Source: Phoronis australis
Lineage: Eukaryota; Animalia; Phoronida
NCBI GenBank assembly: GCA_002633005.1
Contig: NMRA01000544.1
Location: forward strand, 106,479 to 170,478
Reading direction: 5' to 3'
DNA: 64,000 nt
The translations under genes and the position numbers were made by a program. Shown here piece after piece: positions 24,718 to 36,017 of the stretch (positions are counted from its first letter, which is position 1; each line of letters starts with the position of its first letter). Under the pieces are notes generated by a model, which saw only the letters and a program-made list of their open reading frames with translations, had not been told where the DNA came from and did no database searches.

Positions 24718-25996
24718 ATCGGATCTTTGTACATGGACGCGGCACTTAAAATTGGGATAAGTTGCACTCCATTGCAAATTGTTCAAGAGTAGGCTGTGTG
24801 TAGTTTACCCGACGGAACTGGTGAAGTCAATGAAGAGCAGAATATGACATAGGCGGATTTAGAGGGGCAGGGGGCCCGGCGCCCCCCCCCCCCCCCTCNC
24901 CCCCCCCCCCCCCTTGGCTGCCGCAAAAAAATAAAACCGTAAGAGCGTAGGGAAATGTTGAGTTTATTAATTAACCCCGGTAATTAAAATTAAACGGATG
25001 AAAAAAGATTTAAATGTGCAGTTTTAGTGTTGGGGGTGGGCTCAAATCCAATTTCAAGTGTCAAATTCGGAACACGGCGCATTCGTAACGGAACTACGGC
25101 TAAGTATAGGCTCTCCCGCGATATCCCAGGCGACCGGCAGTGGCACTGCACACTACGACTCCGTTTCCGTCGTCTGCTCCACTGTGCAATGAAGAAAATT
25201 TACTTCATTTTTTAAAGAAAATGGAACCTGAGTGACGATGAAAAAACAGAAGCTGCTGGTAAGATGTGAAATTTAATCGAAGCCTTAGTGAATCACTCAG
25301 AAACTCGCAATACTCTCTTTGTCAAACCTTATCTTAAGACGATTTCCAAAGCAATCCCCTCATTATTGCCAACACGAAAAATGGATTTGGTCTTTTGGGC
25401 ATTTGAAGACTATTTTAAATACGACAAATTTGTTAAGAATTGATGGCACAAAATATAAAACGTGTAATAAGCATTACAAAAAGAAGCAGGTTTCGTGCGC
25501 AAACGCTGTGGACCATAAACAAGTAGGTCTCTTAGTATGACGTTAATAGTTAAATCGTGGTGGTGTAGTGGTAACGCACGCGCACTCTATCCGCCAGGTC
25601 GTGAGTTCTGGTCTTTGGTACTTGCAGTTTTTCCTGTTTGACACGTTCTCCGTTTTTTTGCCTTTTTTCTTGGATAATACATCAGGAATCAAGGAAAATG
25701 CTTGATTTTTAGAGGTAAAAACAGAAAAATTTCCTGGGCGGGAAGGGGGCAAACCCCCCTCCCGACCTCCCCCCATTCGGTGCTTTGCGCATCTACAATC
25801 GTGGTTCACTTTGCGCAAATGCTTACAGCCGGACAAAATGTTGCCCCCCCCCTTGTGATATCCTAGATCGGATCTTTGTACGTGGACGCGCCACTTAAAA
25901 GTGGGATAAGTTGCACTCCATTGCAAATTGTTCACGAGTAGGCTGTGTGTGGTTTACCCGACGGAACTGGTGAAGTCAATGAAGAGCAGAATATGA
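24718..25996. repeat. 130-bp direct repeats (24718-24847, 25867-25996) flanking a ~1-kb MITE-like insert
   Basis: atcggatctttgtac.tggacgcg...gaagagcagaatatga occurs twice with about five substitutions. The insert begins cataggcggatttagagggg and has C-runs near both ends. Confidence 0.85.
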
Positions 25997-27155
25997 ACAA
26001 GGCATTCGGAATCAGTTTCCGCAGTACTGCAAAACAATAACGTTATCTCACTCTAAATAGGCCACGTTTTGTGGTTTAAGCCGCACTCGTCGACTTTAGA
26101 ACTTCGGATCACATGGCCCAAACATGTGACGTGTTCGTTACAGATTTCCCACAAATGTTTTTCAGCTTTGGTTTAGTTTCAATCAAGCTGGCCGATCAGA
26201 GGTCATTTGCCTACGTATTTTGAAAAGGTTATTTACGCTGAACACCTGCCTCTCTCAATTCTCGCGGCTGCAACCCCGCGAAGTCGTAGCCACTCTTTGC
26301 CCATGAATTTGTCAACTTCATAGTAGCATGTTGTATGTCTATCACTTTTGTCAGATTACCAGAAGTTATTACGAACCTTTCAAGCATCCGTGATAAAAGG
26401 ACTTTGTCCCAAATACGCGATTTCAAATGCTTTCACTGCTTTCTTGTACGTCTGAAATTTGTCCTAAATGTTAAGTAATAGGTCACGGCCCTCACTTACC
26501 GACAACTGTTAAGTGTCAACATCATGTGTTGCTCGGTTGCAAGTCAAATTTAACTTTTGCATTGTGCTAGCCCACGCTTTATCTTGAACTTGTGTGGGAG
26601 TCCCGGAGTAAGTTGAGGGTCGCGACCCAAGGTCACAAATAATTATCTCGATTCCAGTTACCCAAATCTTCGTCTTGTTGAAAACCACTCTACATGATGA
26701 TAAGGCTGATTAAAATGCCTTTACACTGTGAAATGATGGCGGGTTTAATGTGTAAAAAAGCAGTGCAGGTGTCCTGATGTCCTATGCGTTGCATCAGACG
26801 TGCGCAGGCCTCATGGATGGGCCCATTGCACAAAACACCTTCTTGTGTAAAGGTGGGTGAGTTGTTTCGCAAAAAGGGGTTGGGAATCTTGAACATAGAT
26901 ACTCGTGGTTTTCGTACGCAAGATTGGGGTTTGTCAGGTATCCCTAATCTGTCCCTTTTTGTAACTTGGGTCTGCTTGTCTGTCAGCAGAGTTGGTACTT
27001 CGACATTTAAACACCAAGGCGTTTCATACCATTCTGTGAACTGAAGAATTTACTGGCTGGTGAGTGATCAAAGCGCGTTGTTTTCTAGTACGGAGAAGAG
27101 TGATACGGCTCGACGACGTCATAGCGATACCTACAACCTATGTAAATATTTCCAG

Positions 27156-27280
27156 GCCATCACAGAACTGCCTTCAGTGATAACCAAATGGAAAGACGTG
27201 TACGGCCGAGAACCGAACCAGTCTGACGTAGACAACATGTTTAAAGACTTCGTTCCAATGCAACTAGACTGCCTAACACA
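27156..27280 (+). CDS. phnX: Phosphonatase exon 2
   Basis: tttccag|GCC...ACA CA|gtacgt. AITELPSVITKWKDVYGREPNQSDVDNMFKDFVPMQLDCLT (cap domain). Phase 0 to 2. Confidence 0.9.
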
Positions 27281-28692
27281 GTACGTATAACACATTTTAA
27301 TTGTAAAACGGGGATTTCACTAGGTGGAAGTAACTAAACAAGGGTCCATCCTACAAATGCGTGTACATTTACTTCGTAACTCAATATTAGTGTGTACTAT
27401 CTTACGAAGTTAGATCTTGTCAGATTATTTCTATATGCGATATTTTTCGAAGAATGCGACCATTCTATTTTGATGACTCAGTGGGCTTCATTTCTTGAGC
27501 GAATTTACGAAATGTTAATTTCCACCCCATGTTTTTTGGTAGTTCTGGGTGAGCCCGCGACTCCACAACCATGGCCTCACTGGGTTCAGGCTAATCTCTC
27601 ATGCATTCATTGTGTCACAAATAAAGTAGTTCTCATTTGAAATCTCGTATGAGTAAGATATATGTAAGGATGTGTAGGACCTTATTTCCAAGTTTTATTT
27701 TTTCAGTATTGAATATCTGTGTGGATGAATCTTTATTTTCACTTCTAGTTAAATTCGAAATAGCCATTTTTCCTGTTCATGGTAGAAAAAACGATTTCAC
27801 TGACCCACCTCAACCGCGTAGAAATTTGTTTACTACAAAGCTCAAAGTTTACAGACCTATCACTAACATCGTATTTCCCGCCAGGCATAGAGCACTTCCG
27901 TACGTACTCACGGTCCTTTCATTCAAAGAGTCACGATAATACTGAATTTACGAGGTATACATAGCATAGAGAGGTGCCACAGAAAACGAAGACAAGCCGT
28001 AATTTTGATCTTGAGGCAGTTGTGTGTCTGCTTGCACACGGCCGTTGAAAACGAATGCACCGAGTCCGAGTAGCTGAGAGGTGGTCTGTGATGTAGTGTT
28101 CGCGGACATTAAGTTGTGAAAAATATAAATCCTCGCCCCAAAGTCATTTATTTCGTCAATAATTTGATGTTTCGCTGTTTCGGGCTGGTGGTGATGGCAT
28201 GCATTAATCACCGACTCGATTTCTATTATTCCTTTCGTAGTTGGTTTCTTGACATCAGTCTCCGCGGCGCGTGGTGTGTGCATGAATTATTGGCCTACTT
28301 ACAGCCTACTCCGCCTTTTAACCTAGTTGACTCGAGGTTAATGAAACCCCACTTACAAAATTAAATCGTTTTAATGTAATTAAGTTATTTAAGCGCCGCA
28401 AATTCAGTTGACATTGCGAGTGAATGTTGAAATAGCGAACATGGTTGAGGCATGTATGGGTTAGGTTGACCAAAAAGCAAGTTTTCACCGAATGATTAAG
28501 CGAAAAGTTTCAGATTTTCAAGACTCGCTACATATTCCTCTTTTTCTCGGCATCGGCACATCGATTTCATCTTAACTAAGGGATACAAGTTCTCAAAAGC
28601 GGCTAAGTAGATTTCCCCGAAACTTTCCGCTTTTTGTACTTATTTATCAATCTCAAAAACGTTTAGGGTGTTTCTTTTAAAGTCCTGCCTCC

Positions 28693-28833
28693 CGTTCAGT
28701 AACGCTAGGACCTCGCTAAAGAGCAAGACTTCGCGAGATTACGTGAGATAATGCCGTGCATTTTAAATGAGAGCACGTGACTTTGACTAGGTTTTAGCTA
28801 GGTCGTAGCATAGGTCCTAGCGTCTACTGAACG
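28693..28833. mobile_element. Small MITE-like inverted repeat
   Basis: cgttcagtaacgctaggacct / aggtcctagcgtctactgaacg. Confidence 0.6.
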
Positions 28834-28923
28834 CACGCCTGGTTTTATTGTACTGTGCCATAGACAAATGCTATAACAATTTTATAGAAATGTCTTACAC
28901 TTAAAATTTGGCGTAGACACCAT

Positions 28924-29037
28924 ACTGAATGGGAAATGGAAAATTCCTAACAGCGTTTTTGAGAGATATCGGCAAGTTTTACTGAATGAGAAATGGAAAA
29001 TTCCTAACAGCGTTTTTGAGAGATATCGGCAAGTTTT
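28924..29037. repeat. 57-bp tandem duplication
   Basis: Two copies differing at one base. Confidence 0.9.
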
Positions 29038-29250
29038 CATTTGAAGAAGTTTCCCCAAAATCGACTAAGGAGTACCTTTTGTTAAAAATGAAAATATTGA
29101 CTTAAAAAGATGGCCACGTCGTTATGACAATGTTACGTAAGTATAAAGTGTATTTTTATATTTACTGACCTTTCTTCTGTCGGAAAAAGTTTTTCTTGTA
29201 ATTGCCTTCGTTCCTCAATAAGGTCTTACAAAACCTTAAAGAGATAATCC

Positions 29251-29395
29251 CATGGGCGGTGCAGCACTGAAAAACGTGGGGGCTAAAGCCCCCCCCAGCA
29301 CCCCTGTGGTGGGCCGCCTATAGACCATAGGCGACGCAGCACTGAAAAAGTGGGGCTATAGCCTCCCCCCAGTCCCCTATGGTGCGCCGCCCATG
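29251..29395. repeat. Tandem pair of ~72-bp GC-rich mini-MITE units
   Basis: cat(g/a)ggcg..gcagcactgaaaaa.gtgggg...gccgcc(t/c)at repeated twice. Outer ends catgggcgg / ccgcccatg are inverted. Confidence 0.6.
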
Positions 29396-30748
29396 AATAA
29401 GGAATGCTCTTGGTATGTCTCTCTGTCCGTCTCAGTTGTGAAGAATTTTGTCTGGTGTTCGCAAACTTCAGGTCGCATTTCTCGTCTGCCTGACGTGACA
29501 TTCAGGCACAACCTGCAACCCCGTCGTGTCTCAAACTCATTGCTTTTTGTTTTTTTGTTTTTTTTTTTTTGTCGCGGTGACTGTTTGGTTTTCAGCATTG
29601 CACTTGAACTCATAAAAACCGCAGTTTTCATTATATCGCTCTCAAAATCTACAAGTATCTAGAACCACCTATGTATTACCGTTAGTCAGTCTTTGAACTG
29701 CATCCGTTTTAAGATAGCAGATGCGGCGGCCTTTTTGTCGGGGCATTCCACTTTTTACACACAACGCAACACATTTTCTCCAACAGAGGTCGCAGTATGC
29801 GTACAATTACTTTCAGTTTAGCTGTGTCTCGTTAGCGTGGCCATTGTGCGTACGATGTAGCAAATTTTAAATAAAGTTTTAGTTTTGAAAAAGATAAATT
29901 GTTAATAGTGAGATGCGAATGTTCGTGATTTGAGAATCCATTATGCTTACTTTCATTGAATAATGCCTCGGAGTTATTCAATTGAAGCAAGAGGCAAAGA
30001 TACTATATTAAATCGTTCGTTTTCCTTCTCAGAATCCCGGACCGTTACATTGCAATGCTTTGTTATATCGCGACTATCCCTCTCTACGTAAATCACTTGA
30101 CTTGCACTCAAATCCTACACACATATATATCACCTGACTTATTAAAAATATCCTTAATGTTATTTTTGGGGACAGAAAAATTCTATTTGCTATATCGCGA
30201 CCGTAGGCTGTTAATTCAATCGACAAGTCAAGCATTCAAGTGAAATTTTTATTTCCTTCACACACGTATATCATCTCACCGTCCATGTGCGGAAATTCCG
30301 GATGACGTGTTAACAACCTTTCCTTAGTTACTAAACCATAGAGATTATTATTTTCGCTAGTACTATAACAATGTTGTTATCGTCGTGTTGATCTTTTCTA
30401 TGACTGGCATGGTGCCAGTTGCGCCACGACCTACTTGTTTGTGAGTTGTTCCCGTTTGTTTACACGGTAACTTGCATCAGGAACTAAGTCGATGAGAACC
30501 ATTCTGTACACTACAGTTTAGTAAATTTTGGTGCCAAGATGTCGGATCTGCTCGCGTTTACACTAGCATTTTATACGCCAGTATAGGTTTTGTGTCCGGA
30601 GCAGCTGGTTTCCTAATTTTACTGTAATGTAAACGGAGTATGATTGTAGCGTCACTCGATATAACGAATAAATCATAAATTACACTTTGCGTAGTCCATT
30701 CATATTATGCGGCCCATAAACGACCGACAAATCTGTTTCCGTTTTCAG

Positions 30749-30882
30749 ATACACGGGACTTATACCGGGCACAGCTGAGACGGTACAGAGATTAAAGACT
30801 GACTTTGGCGTTAAGATCGGCTCCACAACTGGATTTTTCAAGTCCATGGTGGACGTACTGTTAGCTGAAGCCAAAAAGCAAG
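30749..30882 (+). CDS. phnX: Phosphonatase exon 3
   Basis: gttttcag|A TAC...CAA G|gtcagt. YTGLIPGTAETVQRLK...KIGSTTGF (HAD motif II). Phase 2 to 1. Confidence 0.92.
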
Positions 30883-31401
30883 GTCAGTGGTAAAATGTCT
30901 CTCTCATTCATTGAATGCTAAGTAACTTGTAAAGCACGTTACCTGGTGACCACCCGGTAAACTACATGTCTAAAAATTGTACACCCAATAAACGTTTTTA
31001 TTTCATGAAAGTAGAAAGCCTAGAAAATTTCTTTGTTGACTTTTTACCAATCTTCTACTATTTGGGTCACGCAGTTATGTCTTTTTGATGAAATTTAGAA
31101 AAAGAAAGATACATTGATAACAAAACAGTTGGATATCAAAATATGATCAAATTTCGTTTGATTTAGATGTTTAAAGTGAAATCTCAAAAACCTTATTACA
31201 CTTTCCTTTCATTATCATTTTCGTTTTCATTTTATGCATTTTTTTTTCTTTTTCCATGAAAATCATAAAAGTAAACTCTACCGAAACTTCGTACCAATGG
31301 TAAACAGCCTTGAGCATGAATGTATTCTTGAAACGATGTTACTAGGATTATATTACCACTTCATAGAGTTTTCAGCCGAGGAAGTTATGCAAAAGTGCGC
31401 C

Positions 31402-32723
31402 TTATTATGCGCCCACATATTTATATGTAGACGCATTATGCCGTCATCTCCGTCCGTCCGTCCGTCCGTCCGTCCGCCCGTACGGGTGGCGTCCGTCCGG
31501 CGTCCGGCGTCCGGCGTCCGCTGCTCTATCTCCAAAACCCTTTGACATATGTTCATGAAATTCGGCACATATGTTCCATTCATGAATGGGACGGCATGTG
31601 CGAACTTTCGGACGGATCCGACTACCGGTGTGCCCCCTAGTGGCAATTTTAGTTTTTTACGCTTACCTTGTATCTTCAAAACTGAGTCCTGAACGGATTT
31701 TCATGAAATTTGGTATGTAGGCACCTATTAGTGAGATCACCCTATCCTTCCGTTTTCAGATGGATTCGACATAGTTTGCGCCACCTAGTGGCCATTTTTA
31801 CTGTTTTCGAGTCTGTATCAACCAAACCGCTCAAAGGATGATTGTGAAAATTGGCATGTATGTGCTTACTATAAAGAAGACAGCTGACAATGATTTTCAG
31901 ACGATTTGGACTACTGTGGCGCCTCCTAGTGGCAGTTTTTTTTTGCGCCTATGGCTGTATCTCCTAAACCGTTCGCAGGATCTTTACGAAATTTAATAAG
32001 TGTATTTATATGATATTAACAACTGACGATGACGACNNNNNNNNNNNNNNNNNNNNNNNNNNNNNNNNNNNNNNNNNNNNNNNNNNNNNNNNNNNNNNNN
32101 NNNNNNNNNNNNNNNNNNNNNNNNNNNNNNNNNNNNNNNNNNNNNNNNNNNNNNNNNNNNNNNNNNNNNNNNNNNNNNNNNNNNNNNNNNNNNNNNNNNN
32201 NNNNNNNNNNNNNNNNNNNNNNNNNNNNNNNNNNNNNNNNNNNNNNNNNNNNNNNNNNNNNNNNNNNNNNNNNNNNNNNNNNNNNNNNNNNNNNNNNNNN
32301 NNNNNNNNNNNNNNNNNNNNNNNNNNNNNNNNNNNNNNNNNNNNNNNNNNNNNNNNNNNNNNNNNNNNNNNNNNNNNNNNNNNNNNNNNNNNNNNNNNNN
32401 NNNNNNNNNNNNNNNNNNNNNNNNNNNNNNNNNNNNNNTAATGCTGTGCTAATCTCGTATGTTGGTAAATTTGTTTTTAATTCTATGTTTCTGTGGTGCT
32501 TTAAGCAACTGATGTATAGGATGTGCTTGTATTATGAAGATCACTCACATTTTGCCCCTTAGCCTATTGAGGAGACAATGACCATGCCTTTCCATTTTGC
32601 AAAGTACAACATACTACATATATGCCCTCCACTGGCCACTTTATGGTACCAATAAACAACCCTAGAAGGATACCGTATACGGTGCAATTGTGGGCGCATT
32701 TCAACGCTCTGCGTTGCTCTTGT
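31402..32723 (+). mobile_element. Helentron-associated interspersed element (DINE-1-like) in phosphonatase intron 3, spanning an N gap (32037-32439)
   Basis: 5' subTIR atgcgcccaca (31407) with partial inverted copy, (GTCC)n microsatellite, ~125-bp internal tandem repeats, 3' subTIR tgtgggcgcat (32689), hairpin caacgc-tct-gcgttg and cttgt end. Confidence 0.85.
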
Positions 32724-34458
32724 GTGAACAAGTTATAAATTTCAGGCGTAAGAAAGATTCGAATTTATGTAATATGCATTAGTGGACCAATTACGTTCCT
32801 AGTTCCACTGAACTCAAAAGACTGAATAAGCTCGTATTGCGGCAGCTTGTATGCAATGCCCGCATTCATATGCAAATAATTTAGGTGCCTTAACAACATT
32901 AATGCATGTGCTAAAGTGCACGTGCATGCTCTTTACAATTCTCTGAGGACATGGTGCAAATTGTGTGACCTGCTTTTAACTACGGGTTTTAAAACGTTGC
33001 GCACTTATTTTTTTTTGCATAGCCTGTAATTCAGAAACGTGGTAATTATCCGATAATTGCAGATAGTTCTTTTGTCAAAGTGCTCTGGTGAATTTTGTTT
33101 GAATCAGCAAATTACTCCAGTTTGAACTGGAGTGCGATATTAACCTTTAACTTCATCACGGGTTCCCAGGGTTGTTTTATAATCATGCAATTTTAAACAA
33201 AACACACGCATGGTCGTGCAGACGGTTGGCAAAGTTCGAGACAAATACATCTGGAGGAATTATAGCGGTCGAAGTTCATGAAATTAATTCATGTCACGAG
33301 GCGAAAAGTTCACCCGCGTGACTATGTGAATCAGTCGAGTATCGTTTACACTCCCAGGGTTGATATCCACAGGGGGTGGCGTTGGTAGACCCTGGACGGG
33401 CGAAAGCCAAGTCTAGTCAAGGGTGCATGGCGCACCCTTCTAAATTGGATTGTTACATATTCTAACCATCAATTGCTCAAAAGATTAGAGGCTTGGAGAT
33501 CACTTATTCGTTGATATTTGTAAAAAAGATAAGATAAATCTGGAAAATAGATATTTTGTCACGACTTTGTGACCCCCTGGCCTACAGGTTTCTTGGCATC
33601 GCTCAGTTAAGTTTCTGATGAAAAGAAATTCCAGTTTAATCTCTGCTTATCGAATGCAATGATGTAATCTTTCCCAAGACTAGAGCACTACGCTGAGTGT
33701 GCAGGCTGCAAGGAAACGGCAACCTAGTAGTGCCAGGCTATTGTGTTCGTAAAGTTTTTCCCCGGAAACTGTCTGGGCTTCCGGTTTCTGTCGATTGGAT
33801 TTGTTTGTCAATAAACATTCACAAACCTTGTTATATTTAACTTCCTGTCGCCATCTATTGAAGAAACGTTCCACTAAAATGTGTCGCTAGCGCCAACAAA
33901 AGCATACGGGAATGAATTCGCATCCACATGTTAATCCGTTATGCCTGACGTTCGTTTTCACGATCTCGTCCATTCCCTAAAACTTCACGGCCAACGTTTT
34001 CCAATCATTAGAACAATGTTTCCGTTCATGAGGTAGTCACTTGGGTCGAGGAAGCAACCATTCCATGTTCAATGTCGGATTCATCATAAGTTAAACAAAG
34101 TTTAAGGCCGAGGAGGCAGCTCAAATTAACCGTCTAGTGTGCTTAATTAAGACTTCTGCCAGCTTTGATTCAAGGGTCCGAGAAACCCGAGTCCGGCACT
34201 GGTGTCGATCATTGCTCCTTTCGATTCACGACGCTTTCTGAGATTGTTATCGAACTCGCCAGAAGTTTTAGATTTGGCATCTCTCCATCCAAGTCTTCCT
34301 TTTGCAAATTCACATGATTTCAACGCGCTTGTGACTTTTTATCGACTTTTCTATTTTCTCTATGGATTTCAATGCGTGAAGAAAATAATGGAAAAGATCA
34401 AAAGAGAGATCCTGCTACAGTTTCTCAGTAATCACTCACGTTGCCATTTGTTCTGCAG

Positions 34459-34580
34459 GTTATGAACCCGATGCCGCGGTGGCCGGTGACGAAGTCATTC
34501 ACGGTGCTCGACCCAAACCGTTCATGATCTACCGCAACCTGGATCTTCTTGACATATGGCCGATCCAGTCCGTTGTTAAG
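34459..34580 (+). CDS. phnX: Phosphonatase exon 4
   Basis: ttctgcag|GT TAT...AAG|gtacat. GYEPDAAVAGDEVIHGARPKPFMIYRNL...SVVK (RPxP motif III). Phase 1 to 0. Confidence 0.92.
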
Positions 34581-35753
34581 GTACATGTATGTTTTACTTT
34601 CGTAAACTGTGAGGATTTTTAAGGCGTTTTAGGTCAATTTAGAGTATTTTACTTATTTTAAATGTCATTTTGAACTTTTTAGCCCATATGTATGATTTAA
34701 TTTTGATGAAAGTCATCTAAAAGGGTTCAAAGAACCTTTTGCAGTAATTAAAGTTTGTGAGCGTCGTTTGGATAATAGGACTATTACCTTAGGATATCCC
34801 CTTTCAGACATTGTCGAGTGTTACGTTTCCATAAAATTTATTATCACAAAAATCGAGTCGTAAAATTAGTCTTTGATGGTTATACTGTAGTCGGCATCGA
34901 GCTCACTGGCGTTATTTGTTATGTAAATCGCTTCATTCCAATCTTATCTTACTTTGAAGTTGGGGTGTTTTTGGCCCACCGGTCGAAGCTGTTGTCAAAT
35001 TGGACAAAGTGTTTTCGAAAAGCTGCTTTCTCGTTTTAGGTTATGCAGGACCTTATCGACAAGTCCCTGCATGTTTGTAGTCAAGTATTTACAAAACTAC
35101 AGACTTTGATGTTTGACTTTGCCCTTAATTGGGTCACGTGACCATTCCATTTTATTAAAATATAGCAAAAGTGAAGGTGCCTCAATAGCAAAATACGGCC
35201 AAAATTAGTTAAATAAGAATGTTGAAGATAAAATCTCAAAAATCCTTTTACTATTTTCTCAATTATCATTTCGTTTCCCTTTTATGCAACTTTTAATTTT
35301 GATGAATTTTTGATAGCCCCAAAAGCGGAACATTTTAAAAACACATCCTAACAACGTTTTGGAAAACATTGCTTAAAGCATGATGGTTCCATACGAATCC
35401 GATCACCCATCTCGGAGAAACGATGTACCGTCATCCAAAAATATGGAACTGAAATTGCTTTCCGCAAAGTTGACGAGCATCGACTTTTTGTTGGTAACAC
35501 ACTTTAATATTTCTGTCTGGTTGTACTTTCTTTGTACACCTACACACTTCTGACAACGAGATTAGTGGTCCATTCAGGTACGTGGAAAGAATTAGAATTG
35601 TCTCAATGGCAATTTGTTAATTTCCAACCAAATGAACAAAAAGTAAGTATCCCCCTTTCCTGCTCCCACTTGACTCTTTACTTGTGACAACGCCACCTGT
35701 TGCAAACGGCCGAAGTTTTAGGAATTGTGTTTAATGCAATACCCTTTTCTCAG

Positions 35754-36017
35754 GTCGACGATACCGTCACTGGTGTTGGGGAGGCGATCAATGCTGGTTG
35801 TTGGGGGGTAGGTGTCGCTCGCTACAGCAACTACATGAACATCAACACATACGAAGAGGAAGCAGCGTTACCACCGGAAGAGCTTCAGCGCCGAATCGAA
35901 GAGTCCCGCGAGAAATTGCGACAATGTGGCGCTCATTATGTCATCGACACAATTGTGGAACTGCCTGAAGTTCTCACGGATATCAACGAAAGGCTGTCTG
36001 CTGGCGAAATACCGTAG
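35754..36017 (+). CDS. phnX: Phosphonatase exon 5 (terminal)
   Basis: cttttctcag|GTC. VDDTVTGVGEAINAGCWGVGV (motif IV)...GAHYVIDTIVELP...GEIP*. Candidate polyA signals ATTAAA 36209 and AATAAA 36675. Confidence 0.92.
   Translation, partial: VDDTVTGVGEAINAGCWGVGVARYSNYMNINTYEEEAALPPEELQRRIEESREKLRQCGAHYVIDTIVELPEVLTDINERLSAGEIP

Noticed and set aside
32010-32562. Long ORFs in the track
   Set aside because: Artefacts of the N gap at 32037-32439.
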